A DNA stretch of 64,000 bases from Candidatus Bathyarchaeota archaeon (lineage in GTDB: Archaea > Thermoproteota > Bathyarchaeia > 40CM-2-53-6). The stretch is from positions 1,056,001-1,120,000 of the forward strand of contig CAVTBR010000001.1 in NCBI GenBank assembly GCA_963733055.1. The letters run 5' to 3'. The notes under the pieces were generated by a model. The model was not told the origin of the DNA and did not search any database. It saw only the letters and a list, made by a program, of their open reading frames with translations. The position numbers and the translations under genes were made by a program. This document shows, in pieces, positions 40,287-49,086 of the stretch. Numbering within the stretch: position 1 is the first letter of the stretch; each line of letters begins with the position of its first letter.

Positions 40287-41104
40287 CCGAGATCTCAGAA
40301 ACATTCCTTGAACTAAAGGAAAGACGGGAGGCTGCTCTAATCGCCTACCTAACCGTCGGAGATCCACAGCTAAAATACACAAAAAACCTCGCCGCCGCTC
40401 TAATCGAAGGTGGAGCGGATTTAATTGAACTCGGAATTCCGTTTTCTGATCCGATCGCTGATGGGCCGACGATACAAGGAGCGGTTACACGTTCACTCAG
40501 GCATGGAGCCAAGCCGTTAGACGCACTCTATGTCGCCAAAACGATAAGGGAACAATACAACGACGTTCCCATAGTGCTGATGACGTACTTCAACCCAATC
40601 TTCAGGGTTGGATTAGAGAAATTTCTGGCTCAGTCAAAGGATGCGGGAATCTCCGGAATTATAGTGCCCGACCTTCCCGTAGAGGAGTCAGCTGATTACA
40701 AGAAGCAGTGCGCCGCGATCGGTGTTGATACCATTTTCCTCGCGGCACCTTCAACCGATCCGCCTAGGCTCAAGAAAATTCTGGATCAAACTTCAGGCTA
40801 CCTATACTTAATCTCACTTTACGGCGTAACTGGCGTCAGAGCCAACATCTCCGACGACGCGGTCAAACTAGTCAGGAGGTTCAGTTCCATGGTTGGAGGT
40901 TCGGTTCCTGTTGCCGTTGGTTTCGGAATCTCGAAGGCAGGCCACGTCAAAGCGTTGGTTGACGCAGGGGCGGATGGAGTGATTGTGGGCAGCGCGTTTG
41001 TGAAGTTGATTGGGGCGAATTCGCGAAATGTGACTCGGGCAGCGTCGAAGTTGAAGGGTCTAGCTCGGGAACTGAAGAAAGCGACTACGAATGCATCTCA
41101 TTAG
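40283..41104 (+). CDS. trpA: Tryptophan synthase alpha chain
   Basis: [34 protein letters not shown]. Confidence 0.96.
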   Translation: MTEISETFLELKERREAALIAYLTVGDPQLKYTKNLAAALIEGGADLIELGIPFSDPIADGPTIQGAVTRSLRHGAKPLDALYVAKTIREQYNDVPIVLMTYFNPIFRVGLEKFLAQSKDAGISGIIVPDLPVEESADYKKQCAAIGVDTIFLAAPSTDPPRLKKILDQTSGYLYLISLYGVTGVRANISDDAVKLVRRFSSMVGGSVPVAVGFGISKAGHVKALVDAGADGVIVGSAFVKLIGANSRNVTRAASKLKGLARELKKATTNASH

Positions 41105-41834
41105 GTCGGTGCGGATTCTCCAATTCAATCAATCGCTGAATCCTTCTGAGAACTCTGTCGAACATCGGTTTCGTCAATCGGCGGGTTTGGGTATTCTGTC
41201 TACTCGGGTGGTAGGAGGCGGCTAAGGCTGGGTGGGGATGCGGCGGCTTGTAGAGCGCGCCGTGGTAGAACTTGAAAGCCTTAGTATTCACGCCATAATT
41301 CCTTAGGAACTTAACATAAGTCTCGAATGCGACTCGTCCAAGCGCAAGAACGACTTGTATGTTTGGCAGGAAGCGGAGTTCCTCAGTCCAGTAGCGTTTG
41401 CAAGTTTGAATCTCCTTCAAGGTGGGCTTATTCTTCGGGGGTGGGCACCTCACAATCGCGGTCATGTAGGCATCCCTTAACTCCAGCCCGTCCTTCATGC
41501 TGACGGATGTAGGCTGGTTGGCGAAACCGAAGTCGTACAGCCGCGCCATGAGGAATTGTGCCGACCCGTCCCCGGTAAACATCCGGCCGGTTCTATTGCC
41601 CCCGTGTGCCGCGGGGGCTAGGCCGAGAATTAGCAGTCTTCCTTTCGAATCCCCGAAGCCGGATAATGGTTTACCATAGTAAGTCCAATCCATGTACTGC
41701 CTTCGCTTCGTTCTAGCGACCAAGCGTCGGTAGCGCGTTAGCCTAGGGCATAGCTCGCAGCTAACTACCTCCCTGTTGAGTTGCGCGAGTGTTCGGAAAG
41801 AGGCCTGCTGCGCAGGCAAATCGAACAACCACAA
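41085..41834 (-). CDS. Uracil-DNA glycosylase family 5 (Fe-S)
   Basis: CELCPRL, GLAPAAHGGNRTGRMFTGD, YHPSRQNTQT. Confidence 0.9.
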   Translation of the reverse strand: MWLFDLPAQQASFRTLAQLNREVVSCELCPRLTRYRRLVARTKRRQYMDWTYYGKPLSGFGDSKGRLLILGLAPAAHGGNRTGRMFTGDGSAQFLMARLYDFGFANQPTSVSMKDGLELRDAYMTAIVRCPPPKNKPTLKEIQTCKRYWTEELRFLPNIQVVLALGRVAFETYVKFLRNYGVNTKAFKFYHGALYKPPHPHPALAASYHPSRQNTQTRRLTKPMFDRVLRRIQRLIELENPHRPNEMHS

Positions 41835-41845
41835 TCAGAGATGAC

Positions 41846-42325
41846 TTAGAGACTTTCCCCGGCTAGGCTGACGACTTGGCGTACTCCTTGGTGTTGAGCG
41901 TCGCCGAAGTAGATCATCGTCAACGGCAGCCATCCTGTCCAATTCATTGGAAAGTGTATCTCAAAGTACCCGTTCTGGTCGGTGGTTGCAACTTGGGTTC
42001 TGTAAGCGCCCTGCAAATAGTATTGCACGTAAACACTTGCCCCCGCCACCGGTTGGCCGGAGGGTGTTACTAGGTAACCTTTGACTCCCATCGCAACACT
42101 TCCCTGATTAATCGGGGCTACCGAGGTGAGGACTACCACCTCCCCCGTCTTGGAGACGTTTCCTGCAGGCATCGTAACGAAATCGGAGGGACGAATCTGG
42201 AAGGTGCGGCTAACCGTTACGAGCGCGTATCCGGAGGCGATCGCGGCTAGAAGAATGATTACTAGGATCAGAGCAGTCCGTATGCTCAAGCGCCGCTTTT
42301 TTTCGGCTTCATTTACGTTAGCCAT
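41846..42325 (-). CDS. Membrane-anchored Ig-like protein
   Basis: N-terminal TM; G.L....GQPVAGASV...TTDQNGYF...YFGD. Confidence 0.7.
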   Translation of the reverse strand: MANVNEAEKKRRLSIRTALILVIILLAAIASGYALVTVSRTFQIRPSDFVTMPAGNVSKTGEVVVLTSVAPINQGSVAMGVKGYLVTPSGQPVAGASVYVQYYLQGAYRTQVATTDQNGYFEIHFPMNWTGWLPLTMIYFGDAQHQGVRQVVSLAGESL

Positions 42326-42484
42326 TACTTTTCACGTTAGTGGATTTGAAAATCCTTTGCACAACGATTCTTTCAGAGTTAAAGTCTTTCCGGCGGGACG
42401 GACATCAGAGGGAGTCGCCCCGTTTCGGCGCGAGAAAAGCACTTATCTATTGCGGTTCGCATGCAACCGCGTGAGATTACCGAA

Positions 42485-44149
42485 ATGTCTGAAGGCAATA
42501 TTCCTATCCTTATTCTGAAGGAAGGTTCAACGAGGACGCGCGGCCGAGACGCGCAGCGTAACAATATTCTCGCCGCGAAAGTTGTAACGGAAACTATCCG
42601 AACCACACTCGGCCCTGAGGGTATGGATAAGATGCTGGTAGCCGGCATGGGTGATGTTGTGATAACGAACGACGGAGCCACGATCATGAAGGAGTTGGAC
42701 GTTCAACACCCAGCAGCCAAAATGTTAGTTGAGGTCGCGAAAAGCCAAGACAACGAGGTTGGGGACGGCACAACTACAGCCGTCGTTCTTACCGGCGAAT
42801 TATTGTCTAAGGCTGAGAAACTGCTCGACCAAGAAGTTCACCCCACCGTCATAGTTGAAGGTTACAAGAAAGCTTCCGAGAAGGCGCTGGAAATTCTAGA
42901 AAGTCTCGCGGTCCCTATCAAGGCTGATGACATGAAGATGCTCAAACTTGTCGCCATAACTTCGATGGCGACGAAAGCTACCGTGGGGACTAGTGATCAT
43001 CTTGCTAAGTTGGCAACCGACGCTGTTAGCCAAATCATGGAAGATCGCGCGGGAAAGGTCACCGCCGACATTGACAGAATTAAGGTTGTCAAGAAGAAAG
43101 GAGAAAGTATGGACGAAAGCGAATTAGTCAGGGGTATAGTGGTTGATAAGGAAGTCTCACACCCCCAAATGCCCAAGCAGGTCAAGAACGCAAGAATCGC
43201 TCTTCTTAACGCCAAGCTTGAAATTGAGAAAACCGAGTTCGACGCGAAAATCAACATTAACTCTCCAGACCAAATGAAACTCTTCCTCGACGAAGAGGAA
43301 TCGATGCTCAGGGAGATGACGGACAAGGTAGTGAAGAGTGGGGCCAACGTGATTTTCTGCGAGAAAGGAATCGACGACCTTGCACTCCACTTCTTATCAA
43401 AGAAGAACATCATGGCCATCAAGAACGCCAGCAGCAGCGACATGGAGAAATTAGCGAAAGCCACAGGGGGAGCTATTCTAGCGAGTACGAAGGATATCAG
43501 TGCGGACGCGCTCGGAGAGGCGAAGCTTGTAGAGGAGGTAAAGATTGGTGACGATAAGCTCGTCTATGTTCGCGACTGCAAAGACCCACGGGCTGTCACG
43601 GTGGTGATCCGTGGTGGGTCGGATCATGTTGTGGACGAGGCGGAACGATCATTCCACGATGCACTCTGCGTTGTTAGAAACGCCGTGGAGGACCAGAAGA
43701 TAGTCGCCGGAGGGGGCGCGCCGGAAGCGGAGACCGCCAAGCAATTGCGCGAGTACGCGGTGAAAGTCGGTGGCCGCGAGCAGTTGGCGATTGAAGCGTA
43801 CGCTGAGGCGTTAGAAACCATACCGATAACCATTGCCGAGAACGCCGGCTTGGACCCAATCGACATAATGGTTGCGTTAAGGTCAAGTCATGCGGAGCCG
43901 GGACACAAATGGTACGGCGTTCAGGTTAAGACCGGCAAGATCGCCGACATGTTCGCGGATAATATTATCGAACCGCTCAGAGTTAAACAGCAAGTCATCA
44001 AGTCTGCAACAGAAGCGGCGAGCATGCTACTCAGAATTGACGATGTAGTCTCTTCGAAAGGAAAGGAAGGTCCACCAAGTGGTGGAATGCCGGGAGGAAT
44101 GCCAGGCGGCATGGGCGGAATGGGCGGCATGCCACCAGGCATGATGTAA
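42485..44149 (+). CDS. ths: Thermosome (group II chaperonin) subunit
   Basis: TNDGATI, GDGTTT, GGGAPE, GGM tail; start trimmed to MSEGNIP. Confidence 0.97.
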   Translation: MSEGNIPILILKEGSTRTRGRDAQRNNILAAKVVTETIRTTLGPEGMDKMLVAGMGDVVITNDGATIMKELDVQHPAAKMLVEVAKSQDNEVGDGTTTAVVLTGELLSKAEKLLDQEVHPTVIVEGYKKASEKALEILESLAVPIKADDMKMLKLVAITSMATKATVGTSDHLAKLATDAVSQIMEDRAGKVTADIDRIKVVKKKGESMDESELVRGIVVDKEVSHPQMPKQVKNARIALLNAKLEIEKTEFDAKININSPDQMKLFLDEEESMLREMTDKVVKSGANVIFCEKGIDDLALHFLSKKNIMAIKNASSSDMEKLAKATGGAILASTKDISADALGEAKLVEEVKIGDDKLVYVRDCKDPRAVTVVIRGGSDHVVDEAERSFHDALCVVRNAVEDQKIVAGGGAPEAETAKQLREYAVKVGGREQLAIEAYAEALETIPITIAENAGLDPIDIMVALRSSHAEPGHKWYGVQVKTGKIADMFADNIIEPLRVKQQVIKSATEAASMLLRIDDVVSSKGKEGPPSGGMPGGMPGGMGGMGGMPPGMM

Positions 44150-44180
44150 ACTAACTAAGCCCACAAATTTTGGTGGCGCA

Positions 44181-44570
44181 ATGCCCGCCAAACTCGACGA
44201 GAAAGCTATCAGACTAATCGAAGCGAAGAATTTCGCCTTCCTAGGCACCCTCCTTCCAGACGGGTCGCCCCACGTTGCTCCGGTATGGATAGACCATGAC
44301 GGAGACATGGTTCTTGTCAATACTGAGATGGGCCGAGTCAAACAGAAGAATACGGCGAGGGACCCAAGAGTTTCTATCTCCGTCGCGGACCAGAACAACA
44401 TGTACGACAGGGTCGTAATTCAGGGCCGTGTGGTCTCACAGAGTTTCGACGGAGCGGAAGCGCACATAGACAAACTCACCAACAAGTACACGGGCGCCAA
44501 GAAGTATCAACGCTCCACGCAGAAAGAGAAACGGGTCATTATCAAGATTCAGCCCGTTAAGATAAGTTGA
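44181..44570 (+). CDS. PPOX-class (F420-dependent-like) oxidoreductase
   Basis: FAFLGTLLPDGSPHVAPVW...K.KN..RDPRVSISV...HIDKL..KY. Confidence 0.88.
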   Translation: MPAKLDEKAIRLIEAKNFAFLGTLLPDGSPHVAPVWIDHDGDMVLVNTEMGRVKQKNTARDPRVSISVADQNNMYDRVVIQGRVVSQSFDGAEAHIDKLTNKYTGAKKYQRSTQKEKRVIIKIQPVKIS

Positions 44571-44644
44571 GATAATCGCCCACGGGAATTTCGAATCAAT
44601 TTAACCGATCAAAAGTAGTACGGACTCGAACCGGTGGATCGTAA

Positions 44645-45328
44645 TTGAAGTATTGCCGGAATTGTGGAACTGAACTAGGCGACCAGGCGATATTTTGCCA
44701 CGAGTGCGGAGCCTCCTATGCACCGGGGGCTGATTCCTCGCCGCCAGCGCAGTCTGGGCAGCCGTTGACGTTGTCGAAGGAGGTTTTCTACGTCGTGATT
44801 ATCGCGCTCGTCTTAATGGGGATCTTAGTAGCCGGTCTAGCTATTCGCGGCCCTGGGGGGTCGGTGGCGCAGACTCAAACGAATTACGTTACAAATTACG
44901 TAACGCAGATGCAGTACACAACCCTTAGCGCCGGTTTCACCTCAAGCACGACTACGACTCAGGCCTATACGGTGACGGTGGCTTCGTTTACGACGTTGGC
45001 CTCAGGGCCGCCGCCGAGTTGGTTCAGCCAACAGTATTGTGGCTACCCGTTCAACCCGTACGTCTGCAACGAAGGCCCCCCGGTTACTGTTACGGGGTTT
45101 TTGACTGGGGATTCATCCTGTTTGGATTTGTACGTTGCGACGGGGGTGACGTATGTTGTTTGGAATTTGCCTAATTCTACGAAGTACCTGAACAATGCCG
45201 TTCAGGTGTACGGGTTTGTTTACCCTAGCTGGCCGCAGGTTCAGCCCTTCCCGCCGTACCCGTTTCAGAAGACTCTCTGTGTTGGGATTCCGATGTGGTC
45301 GATAGCACCCTACATCCAAATCGCGTAA
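44645..45328 (+). CDS. Zinc-ribbon membrane protein with Thr-rich linker and extracellular Cys domain
   Basis: MKYCRNCG...FCHECG, TM helix, Thr-rich stalk. Confidence 0.75.
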   Translation: MKYCRNCGTELGDQAIFCHECGASYAPGADSSPPAQSGQPLTLSKEVFYVVIIALVLMGILVAGLAIRGPGGSVAQTQTNYVTNYVTQMQYTTLSAGFTSSTTTTQAYTVTVASFTTLASGPPPSWFSQQYCGYPFNPYVCNEGPPVTVTGFLTGDSSCLDLYVATGVTYVVWNLPNSTKYLNNAVQVYGFVYPSWPQVQPFPPYPFQKTLCVGIPMWSIAPYIQIA

Positions 45329-45491
45329 GGTTTTGTTTGAGGAAGACCAATGTTCTACGTGACTTTTTCTACTTGTGACCCCTGGGGGGGCATAGTTTTC
45401 TATGGCGCGGAGTTTGGGGGTTTGACTGTTGAGTGGGGTTGGGTTTGTGATTCTGAGTGTTCGGGTTTGCAGGGAAAGTTGACCACAAGCA

Positions 45492-45713
45492 TCAGCCTTC
45501 TGCCCGCATCTTGTCGAGTAGTTTGACAGCCTCTTCTTTTGTTAGCTTACTCGTTCCAGCCAAGTCAAAAATGGAAGGAGCCTTTGTGAGAATGACCCTG
45601 TCGCCTTCTCCCTCCGCCCTCAGCCTGGAACCTTCCTTGAGCCTCAACTTCTTTCTAACGTCCACAGGTATTGTGATCCGACTTCGCCTGTTGACCACCG
45701 GTTCCTTGGCCAT
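45492..45713 (-). CDS. AbrB/MazE/SpoVT-family antitoxin (orphan)
   Basis: RITIPVDVRKKLRLKEGSRL. Confidence 0.85.
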   Translation of the reverse strand: MAKEPVVNRRSRITIPVDVRKKLRLKEGSRLRAEGEGDRVILTKAPSIFDLAGTSKLTKEEAVKLLDKMRAEG

Positions 45714-45916
45714 GACATCCCTGCGTTGTTCACTAATAATAAGAGAATTCCTACGGCCGCCCCATTCCTACCGACCCACATATCCTACCGTCGGCTTGAA
45801 CACCTCATAAGCTATTCAAAATGGGTCAGGACTCTTCCCCACCACCCAAACCTAACCAGGAACCCGTTTGTTGAGGCGGACGATTAGCCTTTAATGCCAA
45901 GGAGCCGGTTCTTGGC

Positions 45917-46645
45917 TTGGGTTCCAAATTGTCAGATAACAATGCCGAGGTCATGCTTGCGCAGGAGCAGGGGGTTGTCATGCGCGAGGCGGGGGCGGCG
46001 AAGGAGTTGGAAGGACAACTCGGGGGCGAATTAGAAGGCACACTCCTGTTAACCAATCATCGATTGCTATTCGTTTGTAGCAACGAACAGGAGGATGACG
46101 TTAGAGGGGGACTAGGGACGATGCGGTTGGTATACTCAGATGTGGAGGACTTAGCCTCCATCCCAGGCGGGGAGAACAACGTGTTCATCGAACTAACCTC
46201 CATCTCATCCGTGAAAGGCCACACGGGACACGTAACGAAGCCGAGCCTCGAGGTCAAATGGCAAGAAGGAACGGGCGAGAAGGGGAGAGTATTCATCGAA
46301 CATTTGACCGGCCGGAGTAGACGAAGAAATCTGAATGACTGGGCGAAGGTAATGGAACGGTTGAAGACAGGTGAACAGAAACTAGTCCAACTGCCACAAC
46401 CTCCCACAACAGATACGCTCGACGGGAAGGTTTACCGTGTTCTAGCCGATATGCAGAGGAAAGGTGTCTTCGAGATTGAGGAGGAGGCCGAGAAGCAGTT
46501 CGGTTCCAAGCTTGACCCAGATGACGTTCAAGCAGCTTGCGATAGACTAGTGAATAGTGGGCTTCTGAAGAAGATTCCCGACCCCAGTGGGGATAATTAT
46601 TATCAAAAGTGTTCTCCGCTTGGCGAGGACGAATTGAACTCCTAA
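45917..46645 (+). CDS. PH/GLUE-like domain plus winged-helix protein
   Basis: GTLLLTNHRLLF PH-type motif; C-terminal wHTH (DPDDVQAACDRLVNSGLLKK...Y). Confidence 0.65.
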   Translation: MGSKLSDNNAEVMLAQEQGVVMREAGAAKELEGQLGGELEGTLLLTNHRLLFVCSNEQEDDVRGGLGTMRLVYSDVEDLASIPGGENNVFIELTSISSVKGHTGHVTKPSLEVKWQEGTGEKGRVFIEHLTGRSRRRNLNDWAKVMERLKTGEQKLVQLPQPPTTDTLDGKVYRVLADMQRKGVFEIEEEAEKQFGSKLDPDDVQAACDRLVNSGLLKKIPDPSGDNYYQKCSPLGEDELNS

Positions 46646-46737
46646 AATCTCGAAAGCTGATCTGTTTTCTGGTTGCCTGCCCCTGACAACGGATTTGGCA
46701 ACTCCAAGAAGTGCCTCGTGGGGTGAAGGATTAGACA

Positions 46738-47877
46738 ATGCCAGCGACCCCGAACCCCTCAAGCCCAGTCGATATTCTGCGCAGACTAATTGAATTCCCC
46801 ACTTACGAAAAAAGCGGGATGCAGAAGTGCGCTGAATTTCTAGCGGCTGAAATGCAACGGGTGGGGTTTAGGGTTGAGGTTGACGAACTCAACAGCGTCT
46901 TCGCTGAACGAACCTACGAGGGCGGGGAAGGGGCTTTCCTCATTAACTGCCATTTCGACACGGTCCCATCCACGCCAAGATGGACCAAGGACCCGCTTCA
47001 TGCGTCGTTTGAAGGGGATAGGTTGTATGGGCTTGGGTCGTCGGATGATAAGGGCTCCGCGGCCTCAATCCTGCACGTCTTAGCCACGTTGAAGGCTTCT
47101 CGGTTTCGGAAGCTTGAGGTACTGTTTTCGAACTATGAGGACAACAACACGGTCTTCGAAGGTCAAACCTGGCTTGGGACGCCCTACTTTCTAAAACACC
47201 ACCACCTCGAATCAAAGTCCGGCATCAACGTTGAGGGAACAGTCGAGAAGGGCCGGCTGATGGTTTCACTGGGGTGCGGAGGGAGGGTAGGGTTTACGGT
47301 TAAGACGATTGGTAAGGAAGCGCACTCGTCTGATCCGCGGAGGGGCAGGAATGCGATCTATGACATGGTCAAGGTGGTGGAGGCGTTGCGAAAACTTCCC
47401 CCCGTCCGCATGACGCTGGACGGACGTGAGGCATACACGGAACTCAACGTGAGCATGATACGGGGTGGTATAGCGCTAAACATTGTTCCGGGTGAGTGTG
47501 AGATAACTTGTGAACGGCGAGTGTTGCCGAACGAGGAATGGGCCACGGTGAAGGAACAAGTGCAAGGCGCCTTGGATACGGTGAAGGGGGTGGAGTTTCG
47601 AGTCTCATACATGAACCGCCAAAATTCATACGTCATACCACGAGACCACCCAGCCGTCACCCTCGCAACGGACTCGACAAGGCAGGTGCTCGGGTATTCT
47701 CCGGAATTCAAAGTTGAATCAGGCAGAACAGACTCAACCTACCTCAACGAAGCCGGCATCAAAACCGTAATCATCGGACCTGGCGAAGTGGCGCACATAG
47801 CCGACGAATACATCAACGTGAAAAGGCTCGAAGAATTCACCCAAGTAGTCTACCGTATGTTATCAGAAAGAGACTAA
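46738..47877 (+). CDS. M20 family metallo-hydrolase (ArgE/DapE-like)
   Basis: CHFDTV, LYGLGSSDDKG, GKEAHSS, NIVP, GPG..AHIADE. Confidence 0.9.
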   Translation: MPATPNPSSPVDILRRLIEFPTYEKSGMQKCAEFLAAEMQRVGFRVEVDELNSVFAERTYEGGEGAFLINCHFDTVPSTPRWTKDPLHASFEGDRLYGLGSSDDKGSAASILHVLATLKASRFRKLEVLFSNYEDNNTVFEGQTWLGTPYFLKHHHLESKSGINVEGTVEKGRLMVSLGCGGRVGFTVKTIGKEAHSSDPRRGRNAIYDMVKVVEALRKLPPVRMTLDGREAYTELNVSMIRGGIALNIVPGECEITCERRVLPNEEWATVKEQVQGALDTVKGVEFRVSYMNRQNSYVIPRDHPAVTLATDSTRQVLGYSPEFKVESGRTDSTYLNEAGIKTVIIGPGEVAHIADEYINVKRLEEFTQVVYRMLSERD

Positions 47878-47958
47878 CTGTACCGCTTAGTATCGTGGGT
47901 ACAATTCACCCCACGTCAACGACTCTCCGGCTCATTAGTCCAAATGAGTTAGCCAGCG

Positions 47959-48186
47959 CTAGAGCAACTTCAGAAATTCGTCTTTGGAGATTCCTGCTTC
48001 AGCTATGATCTCCATTAGCAGTCCCTTTCCAATCGGATCGTGTCTTGGGACACTAATGCGATTTCCCCCTTGGTTCCGAAGAATTATGTGACTGCCAGAC
48101 TGTCTTACCGGTACAAAACCCATTTTTCTAAGGGCCTTGAGAATGTCTCTCCAAGATAGGCTTGGAAGCTTAGAGGAATTAGGCAA
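47959..48186 (-). CDS. hicA: HicA-family toxin
   Basis: GFVPVRQSGSHIIL...VPRH..IGKGLL..I. Confidence 0.9.
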   Translation of the reverse strand: MPNSSKLPSLSWRDILKALRKMGFVPVRQSGSHIILRNQGGNRISVPRHDPIGKGLLMEIIAEAGISKDEFLKLL

Positions 48187-48396
48187 CTACACGGTTACCT
48201 GGACAAGCTTAGCCTTCTTCTCCTTGGCCTCCGCCTCAACGTCCTCCAAATAGAGCTTTATGGCATCTTGAATGTTCTTGAGCGCCTCCGCCTCTGTCTT
48301 GCCTTCGCTGAGACAGCCAGGCAGCTCGATGCATCTCGCAACAAAGCCCTCCCCGCGTTGGCGTTTGAGGAATACATGATAGTTTCTAGCTTCCAT
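48187..48396 (-). CDS. hicB: HicB-family antitoxin (short form)
   Basis: FVARCIELPGCLSEGKTEAEALKNIQDAIKLYL. Confidence 0.9.
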   Translation of the reverse strand: MEARNYHVFLKRQRGEGFVARCIELPGCLSEGKTEAEALKNIQDAIKLYLEDVEAEAKEKKAKLVQVTV

Positions 48397-48557
48397 GGAC
48401 AGATTTCAATTAGCCCCCGTATTTATTCACGCCGTTCTTTTTTCGAACAACAAAGGGCGGACACGTAATCTAGTGATGCCCAGAGTGATTGTTTGAGGCG
48501 GCTACACGTCAAGTCAGCATCTCAGTGATCTTCTAGTCGAGCCTGTGAACCCCAAAG

Positions 48558-48590
48558 TGGTGGGGCCGGTGGGATACGAACCCTCGACCT
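48558..48590 (-). other. Degenerate tRNA 3'-end fragment (att-like scar)
   Basis: Reverse complement AGGTCGAGGGTTCGTATCCCACCGGCCCCACCA = T-arm, acceptor strand and CCA; no 5' half present. Confidence 0.7.
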
Positions 48591-48639
48591 AGTGTGGAAA
48601 CAGACCTCTGAACAGAAGCGTTCTGGCGCTGCTTCGAGA

Positions 48640-49086
48640 TTAGCAGAAGTTTGGTTCTGAGTTTTCAGGAACGGGCGGCTCTGGCTCAGCGTAGAGTTTG
48701 GGGTTGCCTTTCACGCAAAGGAACGTGAATGGTTCGTCCTTGTTGTTACTGAATTGGTGGATGGCGTTTGAGGGGATGAAGAGCGTGTCCCCTGCCTTGA
48801 GGGTTCGCAGAGATGCGTTTGGTTGTTTTGATTGTCTCAACAACCCCTCCCCACTCATTACGTATACGTGATGTTCGTACGGGTGTTGGTCGAGCGGCGT
48901 ATGCCCTCCCTTCTGAACAATGTAGAGGCGCAGGGCGAATCGGTCAGAACCCTGCCGATCATCAACCAAGTATTGCACTTGAGTCTTTTCCGCACCCTTC
49001 TTGTCCAAGACTTCTATTGGAACGTTCGTAGTGTTGACCAGGAATATTCGTTTCTCCTGCTCCGCTTCCTGTCCCACATTGGTCAC
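48640..49086 (-). CDS. Cupin domain protein
   Basis: GGHTPLDQHPYEHHVYVMSGEG...AGDTLFIPSNAIHQF. Confidence 0.85.
   Translation of the reverse strand: MTNVGQEAEQEKRIFLVNTTNVPIEVLDKKGAEKTQVQYLVDDRQGSDRFALRLYIVQKGGHTPLDQHPYEHHVYVMSGEGLLRQSKQPNASLRTLKAGDTLFIPSNAIHQFSNNKDEPFTFLCVKGNPKLYAEPEPPVPENSEPNFC

Noticed and set aside
44080-44149. GGCATG/GGAATG tandem repeats at the thermosome 3' ends
   Set aside because: They encode the ordinary GGM tail of chaperonins
44620-44640. T-loop-like GGTTCGAGTCC on the minus strand (similar motifs near 19915 and 50822)
   Set aside because: No acceptor stem, CCA end or remaining cloverleaf; likely chance matches
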